Of a stretch of DNA of 64,000 bases, positions 28,276 through 41,600 are shown piece after piece (position 1 is the first letter of the stretch; each line of letters starts with the position of its first letter). Origin of the DNA: Vitrella brassicaformis CCMP3155 (taxonomy: Eukaryota > Protista > Chromerida). The stretch spans positions 1 through 64,000 of the forward strand of contig CDMY01000144.1 in the NCBI GenBank assembly GCA_001179505.1, given 5' to 3'. The notes under the pieces are model-generated. The model searched no databases. It was not told where the DNA came from and was given only the letters and a program-made list of their open reading frames with translations. The translations under genes were made by a program, and so were the position numbers.

Positions 28276-29207
28276 TCACTCGAGTCCCATGGCCATGCTC
28301 AGCTCCTGACAGAAGGCCCAGTGGACGTACTCCGCCCGCAGGTGGCCCTGCCGCAGCCGGCGCACCGCCCGGGCGCCGACGTGGGCGCGCCGCAGCGTGG
28401 GGGGGACCTCGGCCATCGGGAGGGCGGCGAACTGCTCGAAGGCCATGGTCCCCACCGGCGGCAGCATCCACACCAGCGGCGGGGGCAGGCTGGCCGCGGC
28501 GAAGGCCGGCGGGGGAAGTTGCACGTGAGGCCCAGCTGAGGGAAGGATAACACACACAGAGAGAGGAGGGGATGTGCGGCCGTCTGGCTGTGTGTCTGGG
28601 TGTGGGTGTGGGTGCGTACCAGGAGGCTGCAGGCCACGGAACTCCTTGGCGGCGCGGGACGCCTTCTCGGCCAGGGTGGCTTCCAACTTATCAAACTCTG
28701 AAGCACCAGCCAGCGGCACACACCGCACATGAGCATTGGAGGATGCGCGCATCAATCTCTCCCGCCCCGTGTGTGTCGACGGGCTGGCTGGGCGTGCTGT
28801 GCTTACCGGCGTGGAGCCGCCTGGTTTGCAGTTTGACGACGCGGCAGCGGAGGCCGATGTACTCACGCCACTCGCGGCTGCTGGCTTGGGCGTGGAGCTC
28901 GAGATGCTCCGCCTGCAGCGTCTGCACACACAGACACAGACAGAGAGGCATGCCAGCAGTGGATGCATTAATCGCCATGATAACTGGATGGCATGCAGCT
29001 GTGCAATGCGACCCACAGACATCCATCCGCACGGCACTGCACGGCACTGCGCGTCATGCATTCCTGGCTGTGTGTGTGTGGAGGGCTGGGCTGCCTCACC
29101 TCCAACGGAATGGTGTCCAACAACGCCTCCACCTCCTCGTCGCTTATCGTCGGGTTGGCCTCGACGGCGGCCATAAAACGGCGCAAATGGGGTGCACACA
29201 CGCTCAT
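28276..29207 (-). CDS. Unknown multicopy family, copy 1 (4 exons, apparently intact)
   Basis: MSVCAPHLRRFMAAVEANPTISDEEVEALLDTIPLE|TLQAEHLELHAQASSREWREYIGLR...|...PPLVWMLPPVGTMAFEQFAALPMAEVPPTLRRAHVGARAVRRLRQGH...GLE-TGA. Paralogs at 41601 and 48872. Confidence 0.75.
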
Positions 29208-29379
29208 TCGTCGGCAGCAGCGATGGCGATTAGATATCAAACAACCCTGCGGCTCCTTCTCCCTTCCTCCTTCGTTTGTAATGCGAGCTCGATGAAAAGC
29301 TCGCATCGATGATTCCGGCATTTGCCGCCCGCCGCGCGAGGGTTGTACTCAGCGCACAAGAAACGGCTCACTCACTCGT

Positions 29380-32300
29380 ATGAATTCATCTATGAATGGG
29401 CACACTGAAAATACTGAAGCTGGCCGCCGCAGTAAGGACGGCAAGGGAGATGAGCCAACACGGCCCAGTGGTGCCAGCCGAGTGGATACCAGCGGCAGCC
29501 TCTCACAAAGCTGCGAAGGGCAGGGGCGCCTGATTCCCGAAGAACTCTCACATGGTGAGAGATCTTCACACCGCCTGATGGATATACACACCTCAAAGCT
29601 CTCATTCACACGTGCATGCCGTTTTTCCAGTATCAGGTATGCGTGCAAAGGAGTCTGTCGTATCGTCTTCCCCTGCCGCCCGACTCTCTCCCCGCCGCTG
29701 CGAGAACGACCTCGATGCGACAGAGACCAACACCGTGGTGCAGCGGTCACCCACCGCGGCCACCGAGGAGGGGCAGAGTGACAAGGGAGAGCAAGGTGGT
29801 GCGGGCGACGGGTGCGGTGGAGGTGCGGGTGGTGAGGGAGAGGGGCCTGACGTAGATGTTGGTCCAGTCGATGGCAGTGGGAGTGTGCAGATTGTATCGG
29901 TAGGGGAGGGAGGGAGGCGGGAAGCGAGGAGTGTGTGTATGTGTGTGGTTGAGGCACCTGTGCTGTGTTGTGTGGTGTTGCGTTGTGTTGACGGTCAGGC
30001 CATGGAGAGGCAGGAGGAAACCGCACCGCAACCCACTGCCGGACCGAAACAGACGACAGACGAGCGGTAAGACGCTGACGGGCTGATCAGCTGCCGCGGG
30101 AGCACCTATTCTGTGGGGCTTTCTTATGTCGTGTTGTGTTGCAGTGGTTTTGTGCGGTTGACGGATTTGCAGCATGGCGTTGCAGCGGCCGGCGGAGATG
30201 CGGTAGTGGACCGGCAGCCCGCAGACGGCAGTGGTTGTGAGGACGCTGAGCCGACCGGGGTTGCTGCAGTCGAGGAGGAGACCCGGCCGCCGGCCGTGTC
30301 ATCGCTGTCACGACGCCGAAAACTCAATATCACCCTGACAACGGACATCGAGGACCTGCAGGAGGCCCGTCGCATCGACCAGGGTCAGAGAGCTCATTCC
30401 TCTGAGAGACCGTCCATAGGAAGGCTGGCAGTGATTGATTGAGTGGGTGTGGTGCCCTGTTTGTCGGTCAGAGGTGAATCCGTCCCGTAGCCCCGTGCAG
30501 CCATGGGATGAGACCGACCCCGTCGTCCCGAAGATCAAGAAACACCTCGCGAGGTAGGTAGCTGGGGAAGTGGGTGGATGGATGGATGGATCGATAGACA
30601 CACACTCGCATGGCTGTCTGCTCACAATGTGTGCAGCAGCGTGAGGCCGGTGTTGACTGCGCATGACAGCCCAGTGAACAGGCTGGGCACCCCCGGCAAC
30701 CCCTTCCCCGCCACTGTGCTCATTGGCAGCATCACAGCAGCGAGAAATCCAGAGGTCAGAGACCATAGACGCCATGAAAGACAGACGAATGATCGCACTG
30801 TCTGTCACGTGTTGTGTACGTTGGGCCTGCCTGTGTGCGTGTGCAGTTTGTGGTCAGTGCGAGTGTCAGCCTGATCCTCAACCTATGCGCTGATGCCCAG
30901 GACAGCACAACACAGAGCCTCTCAGACGATGACCTGCGAGCAGCACTGCGCGAGGCGGGCGGCACTCACATGACCATGGCCACGATGCCCAAGCGCATCA
31001 ACATCTACAGATTCAGGGTACGGTACGCATGGCATAACATGCACTGGAAAACAGACATGCATGAATGTGTGCCTCTTGCGTGTGTGGTCAGGATAAGGAG
31101 CTGTTCGGGCAGGGCGACAACCAGATGTCGCCAAGTGAGGTCGGCCGCATGTTCGACACCCAGTTCAAGGGGCTGCTGGAGGCGACCAATGACCCCCGCC
31201 AGACCATCCTCATTCACTGCGCCATGGGTGCGCATGCACTCACTCGCCCACCCCACCCACTGATCCACACATGGCCATGTGTGGACACGCGCGTATGATG
31301 ACTCCCTCACTCAGGCAAGTCGAGGACGGGCCTCTTCGCTACGTGTCTGCTGGCCTGGTACAAGAAGGACGAGTACATCCGGCGGCAGCACGACATGCGA
31401 TCGAGGGGCGAGGACGGGGTCAAGGAGGTCTTCGATATGGCTCTCGAGGAGGTGTGTGGATGGACACCCACTCGCCCACCCACCCACCCACTGGATGGAT
31501 GGATGGATGGTGTTGTCACACATGGCATGCAGGCGCAGACGTATCGGAATGTCGCCCCCAGGTTGGGTTTCTGTCGCATGGGCACCATCTTCTGCAGGAT
31601 GATGCGAGCCGGTTCACCACACCACACCACACCACACTGCACACACAGAGCCGGACTGGCAGACCAGATTGTGTGGGTGTGCTTGGTGAATGCAGGTAGT
31701 GATGAGGTACCGCTGATGGAGAAGGTCGTAGAGACACTGCTGAGGGAGGAGGACGGCACAGGTGCGACTGACACAAGAGGGACCTACCTGCGCACACTTG
31801 GCCTGTCTGGTCTCGTTTCGTTCCATCAGGTTGGGGCAGCCCTACCAGCAGCAGCAGCCTGTCTGCAGGCGGGCTTGGCCACCTACCGCACCCACTCGAA
31901 ACAACAGGTGCTGCATACCGACAGACAGACAGACAAGGTCTATGAGCCAGGAAAGACGCCCATGTCCTGTTGTTGTGCATTGTGGTATCCAGATGGCGAT
32001 GGCGAGGAGGATGACAGTCCAGGACCGTCGCCCTCGCCCCCTGTGAGTCTCCCTGGCGCGCCCAAACGCCCCACCGGCAAGTCCATGCTCCTCACTCTCG
32101 ACTTCGACGACGAACAGCACTAGCAGACAGGTGCGACAGACACACACACACACCACAACACAACACACACCAAGAGAGACGTCAACACTGTCGTATGTTC
32201 TTCCTATATCAGGTGGGTCTGCCGTGGCTGCCGGTGGGTCTACTTTCGTCGGTGGGAGCTTCCCCGGCGCGACCACAGGAGAGGAGGGCCATCAGTCATC

Positions 32301-35300
32301 AAGCCCCCGCTCACCTCTGCTGCTGCACGGCCATAGTAGCGGCCTCGTGACGCTCCCTCCTCCACTATTCTCGGCCAATGACGGCCCTGCGGATGGCCCC
32401 CAGCCTCCCTCGACACCGCCCCCGCCCCGCCCGACTGGCCCCAGCGGCAAGACGAAGAGCACTCTCCTTCAGGACATGGACGAGTACCCGGCGCCGGCGG
32501 ACGACCTAAGCGGCGTGGGAGCTGCTCGTGGCCAAGGGGAGGGGAAGGGCGAGCGTGGTCGAACGGGCAGCGGGGCGACGCTGTCGCCGGTGCGCCACTC
32601 GCCTGTGAAGGTCCACTTTTCGCCAGGCACTCTCACAGGTAGGTGCAATGAGGAGTGGACAGCAGAGATGGATGGACTTTGGTGTGTCTATGTCAATGTG
32701 TGTGTATGCAGTTGAGAGTATTCCCCCGCCTCCCCGCCAGCTCGACGGCCAAGGTGAGGAAGGCAGGAAGGGAAGTGCACATTGACATCCGTACCACTCG
32801 TTCTGTGTGTTGTGGAGTCCTTTGTCAGTCACAGAGGAGTTGTCCGGCCCACCCGTCCCCCTCCCCATCTCGCCTGCACACCTACCGTCCAAACACCGCC
32901 AAGAAACCCCCGAGCCCACTCACCCTCATCCCGCCGCCAATGACGATAGTGCGCCGCAGCCAGCGAGCGGGCGACGAGGCGACGATGGCGAAGGGGGCGG
33001 CGTCGTGGCACCGCTGATTAGTGTGCCAGTGGATGTGGCAGCGGCTTCCCTCAACCTGTCGAGTGGAACCGCTGGGCAGGACGGCGGCACGGCTGTCGAG
33101 TGCAAGGGGTCGTCGCAGAAGGAAGAGCCATCTGCGTCGGGCACGGTGGTGGGGGACAGTGCGGGTGCGGGTGATGCGAGTTGGGACAACAGCAAGGGGG
33201 ACAAGGAGGACAAGAGTAGCATGTCGCCACGGTGAGCGGGCTGGTTTTCAAAGAGCCATGCATGCCACGCTTTGTGTGAACGTCACGTGTGTGTCTCGTC
33301 AGGACGGGGTTGGGTTCCGATTCTCTAGGTGTTGCTGATGGTGCGGATTCCACGGCCTATGCTGACGTGAAGTTCGAAGTGTGTGATGTGGCGGCGCCTG
33401 AGGACACCAACCTGTCTCTGACAGTCAGCCACGCGGCCCTTGGCGGTATGAGGAGCACCGTCCCCCTGGCGTGGGACAACCAATTGGGGTGGACCCGTGT
33501 CTTCCTCATGTGCCCCAGCCCATCCCTGCTCGTCAAGTTCCGGTACTGCATGGTGAGCCATGGGACGGTGGTGCAGCGGGACAGGGCGGGGCAGCGGGAG
33601 GTGACCATCCATCCAGGGATGGTGATCACGGTGCGGTGCACCTGGGGCAGGGAGGGCATCATCGTCATTGACCGCACGGGTGGGTCGGGCAGGGAGGAGA
33701 GGTCCCTGCCTTGTCATTCTTGTCGTGTCTCGTTCGCCTTGTCTGTCAGGCGCCGGCACCAACACCAGCAGCAGTGGCAGCGAGCCTGGACGTCGCCCCC
33801 AGCCAGCCACAATGGACCACCACGACGGTACACGCCAAGACGCACAGAGCGACAGAGAGACAGACAGCGAAGCCCATTGGCCAGTGGATGTGTGTATGTC
33901 CTGCTGATGTGCATTGTGGTCTCCAGATGGTGGTGACTGTTACGACGAGGACAACTTCCCAGCGCCATCGCCCCCGCCCCCAGTGCCGCGCCCTGCCGTC
34001 CCCAGGGGCGGCAAGGGCAAGTCCATGCTCCTCGGTCCCGAAACTGACGACGATGAGGACCAGGAGGCAGGTGCGACAGACACACACGCACACCACAACA
34101 CACACCAAGAGAGACGTCAACACTGTCTTTCTTTTCTTTCTACATCAGGTCCTGCTGTGGCTGCGGATGGCCCCCAGCCTCCCACCACCCCGCCCCCGGC
34201 CCGCCCGACTGGGCCCAGCGGCAAGAAGAGGCCCGACCTCCTTCAGAAGATGAAGGCGTATGTCAGTGACGACTCGGTGGCGGCCGACCGAAGCGATGGG
34301 CGAGCGGCTGGTGGCCAGGGGGATGGCGAGGGGGAGGGTCGGCTCGGCGCAACGGGCAGCGGGGCGACTCTCTCCCCGGTGCGCCACTTGCCTGTACAGT
34401 TGCGGTTCTCGCCGGCCCGTCAGGGTGGTGCGTCTCTCTCAGGTGGGTGAGGTGGTGAATGGATGACATCAGGGGTGCAGATGGAACGGACAAGGCGCAT
34501 CTTCGTGCATGCAGGATTGCCCATCCCGCCTCTGCCCGGCTTCATCCAGCACGGCACCACACACATCGAGCCTGGTGAGAGAGACAGCCGGGCGGCCTGC
34601 CACAGACAGCTACATGTGTGCATGGATGTGTATGCGTGTCTCACAGGGGCGGACAAGTCCGTGGAGGACCATCCCGGGCTGCAGCGCGCGAGTCGGCCGA
34701 CTCCCTCCACGGACTCTCGCTGGGGACCGCCATCTCGCTTGGCCCCCATTCCCTTCAAATTATTGGCACTGTCGCCCGCTCGTCGCAGCCCCCGGCACAC
34801 ACCAAAGGGCTCCACGACGCGAGAGGCCTTCACTCGCGGACCGACGGCACTTGGGATGTTGCAGGGGGACAGCAGCGCATCCCAGGAGGCCTACCTGCCT
34901 TCTCCCGCCCCCTCGAGTCCTTGCGGTGACGGCGCGGGGAAGCAGTGGAGGAACCGTGGTCAAGAGGACCGGCAGGATGGCATCGACTCACCACCCATGG
35001 GTAGGTGGTGGGAGGGAAGCAAGGGAACGGTGTGTGTGTCGTCAATCCACCTTGTGTCTCTCTCTCTCTGTGTGTGTGTGATGTGTGTTGCGTCGATCAG
35101 GTTTGGGGAGCACTGCTGCAGGGCATCTCAGCAGTTCGCCGAGTGCTGCGGCAGCATCCACTGGCCACCCGCAAGCGTCGCACACCCGGTCGGCAATCGC
35201 CGCAGCCACCAGCAATGGCCAGGAGGACCTTGTGGCGCTGCTCCAGGTGGAACTCCTAAAGCTGACAGAGGAAACAGCAGAGAAGGTGGGAGGGATGGGA

Positions 35301-38300
35301 GGGGGGGAAGAAACACACCGCCGGCTGTATACTCACGTGCACCGATTGGTCACACGCCTCTGTTTGTTGCCTCTTTGATGCGACCAGGATGCACTCATCG
35401 CGGCGCTGCAGGCCCAGTTGGGCGAGATCACGGACAAGGCCGAACGGGTCAATCTTGCCTACACTCTGCAGGTGCCAAGCAAGGAAGGATGGATGGATGG
35501 ATGTGCTGCTGCCTACTACGTGGGTTGATAAATGGACGTTGATGGTGTGTCAGGTTCGGCGCAGCACGGCCTTGAGCCAGCGCGTGGAGCAGGGGAGGGA
35601 GTATGAGCGCATGGTCCATAGGCTCACGCAGCAGCTGCAGGAGAAGGACGATGACGTACCCACCCCACACGTCACGCACCGCACCGACACACACCCCGTC
35701 ACATGCATCCTCCCTATGCTATGCACCTCCATGCACTCAGATTGAGCGCCTGAAGACTCGTCTCGAGGAGACCGACCAGCATCTGACGCGTCAGGCACAG
35801 CGGGTGAGCGAGAGGACGTCCGTCCGTCAGTCAGTCAGCAGCCGGATGCATTCACCGACGCACGTGTGTGTGTGTGTGTGTGTGTATGGTTGGTCGGTCG
35901 GTGCAGGTGTGTGAGGAGGAGCGGCAGGAATCGACGCAGCTGCGAAAGCAGGTGGAAGTCATGGAAGCAAAGGTGCGCGAAAGCTGGCAGACAGACAGGG
36001 TCATTCAGGCACTGATTGATGTGTCGATGGCCCATGCACTCAGATGGCCCAGCTGGAGCACGACCTGAGAGAGAAGGTGAGTGACCTGTGGCGTGATGTG
36101 TGTGACACCAAGCCACATCCATCCATCCATCCATCTGTTCTGTCTCTGTGTGTGTTTGTCAGGTGGCAAAAGAGGCCGAGCTGTTGAAGAAAATGGAGCG
36201 TCTGAACAAGGACTAGCGTCAAACGGTGGGTGGGATGGATGGATGGATGGGCGGAGGTGTAGACGAAATGGTGAATGCATGGCACCAATCTACTTTCGCC
36301 TTGCATGCCTCTATCTGTGTGCAGCTTGAGCAGAACGAGCGAGAGGTCAGATCAGACACACGGAAGGAGCCCCGGCACAGCACCACTCGTCCATCCATCC
36401 ATCCCTCCCTGCCCTCCTCGTTTGTTCAGGCTGTATATTATCAGCAAGCGGTGCAGAATGATGTCAGTCAGTCACACACTGGGGGTGCAGGGCACACATG
36501 CATGTCGACTGGCCAAGCCAGGATGGATGGATGGATGGATGCTGTGTGGTCTGCCCTGTCCATCTATCTCATCGACTTCAGGCCCATATGGAGGTCCAAG
36601 CTGCAAAGAAGCGCCTGCAGGAGAAGGAACGGGAGGTAATATCCATCCACACACCCTCTCTCTCTCGCCCTTTGTTGCATCTGTTCACGTGTGTGTGTGT
36701 GTGTGTGTTTGTGTGTGCGTGTGATTGTCCATCTAGGTCGAGGAACTGAAGGAGGCCCTCCGCACCACCTCTTCCGGCGAGGTGGGTTGGGTGCGGCACA
36801 CACACACGCACCATCAGGGAAGGAGATTGGCGTTGGCTGAATGTGTTGGTTCCTTCGCTCAGGAGCTTCTGCGTCTCCGACATCAGCTGCGGTTTATGGA
36901 TCGGCTCATGTGAGAAGAGAGTGGGAAGGAAAGACACAGATGCAAAGACTCCTGTCCACCGCCTTGTGCTGCCTGCGTTATCCATTTTACTACAGGGCCG
37001 AGCAGAAGGCCAACCGTGAGGAGCTCGAAGAGTAGGCCAACACCAGCCAGTGCACCCATCCATCCACCCACTTGGTGCTATCTATATACTGTTCTTCGTC
37101 GTGTGGTGGGTGCAGCCTCCGCGAGTCACGGGAGGCCAATAGGGAGACCATCTCTGAATACATGGCCGCCAATGAGAGCATGCATCGCGACCTCACACAG
37201 GCAGTGGGCGACCGCCACCGCCTCGCCAGGTACACCAAACTCAACACACACAGGGGGCAGGCACACGAGGGAGGCAATCAGCAGGCAGGCCCTCACTGAC
37301 TCTGTGCGTGTGTGTGTTGAGCCGGCTGCACGAGCAGGTAACGTACGCACGCGATTTCCACACATGGCATGGCTTATCTCTGCCTGCCTGCCTGCCTCTT
37401 GTGTGGTGTGCGTCAGGAGGCCAAGATTCGCGAGAGGGACGCAGAGGTGGGGTCACACACACACATACCCACATAGTCCATCCATCTATCAATCCATCTC
37501 TGTCTCTTCTGCATCTTCAGGTGAACACACTGAGGGCCGAGCTGCGGCAGCTCCGCGGCGCTGGCGGGACCGACGACTCTGCTGCTCTGAGAGAGGAGCT
37601 GCACCGACTACAGGCCGAGTTGCAGGGCACCCAGCAACGGCTGCAGCAGAGCGAGGCACAGGTGGGCAAGACAGCACTCACACCGTGGGTCAGTCTGCCT
37701 GGGCGCCCTTTCACGTCCGCGCCTCTCTCTCTCTGTTCAGGTTGAGACCCTGCGATCTGACACCCAAGAGCTCCGTGGAGCGGCCGCCGACGCGTCGGCT
37801 GTTCAAGCCCAGCTGCAGCGACTGCACACCGAGCTGCAGGCCGCCAGGCAGCAGCTGAATGCGAGTGGCACAGAGGTGAGTGAGCCACACAGCACAGCAC
37901 AGCAACTTACACACACGAATGGTCCCCTGCCTGCACTGCCTGTCTCTGTTTCCATCTGTTTGTTCATGTGTGGTCTGTCTGTGCAGGTCACGAGACTGTC
38001 GAATGAGAATGGCCGCCTCCGAGAGGAGCTCAACCAGCACCACAGCCAGCCTGATGCGGCCGGGAGCCGAGTGCGTCAGCTGCAGAGCGAGCTGCAGGCC
38101 ACGCGACAGCAGCTGCAGCAGAGCGGTGATGAGGTGGGCCGTAGCCATCTCACACACATGGATCATGCGTCTGCATCCGTGTGAGTGTGCCTCTGTTTCC
38201 TTTCCGTCTGTGTATTTGTGTGTCGTCTGTGTAGGTCACTCGAGTGTCCAACGAGAACGCCCTTCTTCGGGAGCAGCAGAACCAGCAGCAGCAGGAGCAC

Positions 38301-39504
38301 CATAGCGTCGTCAGCAACCCATCGATCCAGACTGGTGAGAAAGGGATATCGATGTCTACGTGTGCATGGATGTGTCTGTCTGTCTGTTGTCGTTTTCTTT
38401 GTACGCAGAGGCCGATGTGTCGAGAGCCGCCGGCTTTTCTCGTCCCACTGGCACCACGACCGGCAGAGGCGCCGCAATTCGCTCTTCATCGCAAGACCCT
38501 TCCCTGACCCAGACAAACTCACTTCTCACTGCTGGTGAGAAAGGGATGGGTGTAGGCAGGGAGGGAATGGATCACTCACAGCAGGACAGAAAATGGAATT
38601 CAAGACAAGACACCTTCTCTCTCTGTTGTGTTTGTGTGCGCATCCCGTCCATCACAGTGACTTCGGGGTCGGCTCAGGTACGCACGCATACAGACACACA
38701 TGACACGCAGCTAAACACACAGAGGTGGTGTACATGCATCGCAGAATGGCGTTGGGTCGGCACCTCAGAATAGGCAGCATCCGGGCAGCAATTCATCGAC
38801 GGGTGAGCTTGAAAGTGAGCACTGCACTTGCTGCCATCATGGGCACATACACATCGCTCCCTTTGGCAGAAGGGCTGCCTGGGTCTGCTCTCTCTGGCAA
38901 CATCTTCGGCGACATCTTGGACGATCTCGAATACATGCCTACACGACTCCGTCAGCTGACAGGTGAGGGAGGTGTGGAAGGGAAGGACGGACGACTGACT
39001 GGATGTATGTGTATACCTGTCTGTCTGTCTGTCTGTCTTTCTGTGTGGTCATGTTTGTTTGCCTGCACACCCTTGTATGCAGCCTCCCTCCGCGCTCATC
39101 GGGCGGCTTTGCTGCCACCAGTGGGGCATCTGCACCACGAACTCCCAGACGTCGTACGATCCATCATGCAGCTGTGGAGATCATACCAGGTATGCTGCAT
39201 CCGTGTGTCGCAGTGTGTGTATGGGCGAATCCATCCGCCATGTCTCTTCTTTCAGGGGCTGAGCGCCACTCTCTTCGCCCCCCTGCCGTCAGTCGCGTCT
39301 CCCCTCCCGGCCGTCCACCCATTGCCGCAGCCCCACCACCAGCAGTATGTCCACGAGGCCGCCGGCCTGGTGGCCGCATACCAGCAGGTGGCAGAGAGGG
39401 GGTGGGGTGGGGGCGAGCAGGAGAGATTCATCACCATGGTTCGACACATATTCTCCGACCAGCAGTTGAGCTTTTTCGTCGCATCAATGATGACTCAGAG
39501 GTGA
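29380..39504 (+). pseudogene. About 38-exon gene: dual-specificity phosphatase + degenerate CBM20-like domain + long coiled coil, with two in-frame TAGs (32121, 36214). Pseudogene, readthrough gene or separate genes.
   Basis: DUSP motifs VLIGSITAARNPE, LILNLC, IHCAMG|KSRT (HCX5R, intron at 31228) and RNVAPRLGF. CBM20-like stretch at 33364-33648. Coiled-coil exons at 35.2-38.3 kb. Exon phases are compatible from ATG 29380 to TGA 39502-39504 on manual tracing. Confidence 0.65.
31993..34442 (+). repeat. Internal duplication of two exons plus the intervening intron (about 31993-32638 vs 33927-34442)
   Basis: Shared GGCAAGTCCATGCTCCTC, GGTGCGACAGACACACAC...CAAGAGAGACGTCAACACTGTC, GGATGGCCCCCAGCCTCCC, CCCGACTGG.CCCAGCGGCAAGA and AACGGGCAGCGGGGCGAC...GGTGCGCCAC. 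Confidence 0.9.
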
Positions 39505-41600
39505 AGTACTCAGAGTATGGAGGGCAAGGGTTGGGTAGAGTTATTTCGGACATGCCTAGTAGCTAGGACCGGCGAGGGTGGATTAGGTGGGCGGGTGGGA
39601 GGGAGAGAGGGAGGGAAAGAAACTAGTTAGCGTACAGACTGATGAACGGAGACAATTAATTGAATGAATGGACCTGACGGCATGACCATCGATCCACCGT
39701 TCGTCATGAATTGATTGTCATGGTTCACACGTCACTCTGATCGAGTGAGTCGGCTCACAGCCACTCGGCATGCATCTGAGAGCTCTGGCCGGCTATGACA
39801 TCACAACAAATACGTCCGATCCAACACGCACGTCGGCTGTGAGAGAACCAACTAGTTAACACGCCCACATCTTCACTACCTCAGAAGCTCTATAATTACA
39901 TCCAAGCTACACATACATACATACAAACCGAACACACAGACACGATCTTACTGTCTGCTGTCTGTGTCTGATGGTCACTTACTGTCTGCTGTCTGTGTCT
40001 GATGGTCACGATGATATCAACACACCCACTGAGCTGCGGGCCGTTCGCGTATTCAGATAGCGCCGAAGCGCCCCTCTCGCCTCTCCCGATTCTGCTGCCG
40101 CGGGGACGTCAGCTTCCCTCTGTCTCTCTCGTGTGTGTGTGTGTGTCTGGACACCTCATCAGGGCCGACGATATTTGCTACTGAGGATGATCGCGGCGCT
40201 GTCCATCATGCAGTTCCAGCCGAGTGAAGGAAGATGCCTGCGAACGGCGTGGCAGAGAGCCCCACACCATGGCCCCGCAACGATCTCCTCGCCCGCCGCC
40301 GTCAGTCACATCACCGCCTCCCACCACTGCAATCACAGCACACGGGCAGGAGGGCCATTGATGTGATGGTGCGTTGTGATTTCCGTCTGTCTGTCTGTCT
40401 GTCTGTCTGTCTGTGTTGGCTCGCTCACCTCGCCCCGCCTCCGTCATGGCGGTGCAGCCGCCTCCCAGCCAATCGACCAACACACACGCACTGCCACAAC
40501 ACCTGCGCGACGAGCCTCTTGCACACCTGCTGACGGTCTCATTCATCGTGCGGACGTCTATCTATCGCTGGCCGGCCATCGACAGACCAGGACCAGCGAC
40601 GGTGCCCCCCATCAAGCCGATAACAAGGAAGACCTGAACGAGGCCAACAAACCACCGGAACACACTCCTGGCGCCGTCACTGACAGAGATCCAGTTTGGC
40701 TGGTCACCTGCGTCAATCAGTCGGGCCGCCTCACAATGGGCTCCTCAGCGACAGAGAGAAAGAGAGAGGGCCACGCCTGTCAGAGGGCAACACACACACA
40801 CAGAGGAGCCATGAGGATGAGTAGAAATGGCCTGCAAAGCATCCGACTGCCCCGCCCTGTCGTCTTGTCAGCCACGCGGCCCGCCATGTGGCAGATCAGA
40901 TCTGTCCACAGGCGTCTTCACTAGCAGGTCAGATCAGCCTGGTCGGTGAGCGCTTCTCTTTGCTCATTTCGCCTCGGCCATCATGTCAGGGGTCCAAGGA
41001 GGGGAAGAGAGAGCCACATGACGCATTTGGCCTTGGGAAGGACAGCGAGCTTGTGGAATTCCGTGAAACCGGTCTCTCAGTGGCTCTGAAAGGCAGTATG
41101 GTATTACCGCCCCTGATGCTTGTAACTACAAGCGATGGAGCAAGGCGCACCCTATAGTTTTCACTACCTCTCTGCTGCAGTCAGATAAGCTACCGCTCCT
41201 TTCAGCAGTTGCAGACTTCCTCCTAGCTGCACACAAGGAGCGGGCTCGCTGGCTTGCACTCAATCCATCTCTCCCACCCAGTCAGTTTGATGGTGAGTAT
41301 GACTTCATATATGAGTTGCATGAGATGGAGCAGTGGGTGCTTGACGCTGACTTGTCAGACTAGCACCCACTGCTCCATGGGAAGGGCAGATAGGCCTTGT
41401 GCATGCATTCTGCATGTGCCTGTTGCCTGTTTGGTGTGTGCTGTGGACAGAGAAGATGCCTGGTTGCGCCGGAAGGTAGCGCCGGGCTTAGGGACAGGTG
41501 TCTCGTCAAACCCTTAACCAACCAACCAACCAAGGCGCTTTATCGTCGGCGAGTGAGCAGATAAGTGTGTGACCACCGCCGCCGATCGTTGGATATCGAA

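Noticed and set aside
29281-29306. 9-bp inverted repeat ATGCGAGCT...AGCTCGCAT in a divergent spacer
   Set aside because: A single short hairpin is plausible by chance in 64 kb, and it is not seen in the other spacers.
32121-36216. Genome-wide reassignment of TAG to a sense codon
   Set aside because: TGT terminates with TAG, and the conserved genes (DMC1, ENO, RPC1) contain no internal TAG or TAA. The TGA bias at gene ends is expected in GC-rich DNA.
39639-39740. Box C/D snoRNA-like motifs (TGATGA ... CTGA)
   Set aside because: No terminal stem and no rRNA complementarity that I could identify; such motifs occur by chance.
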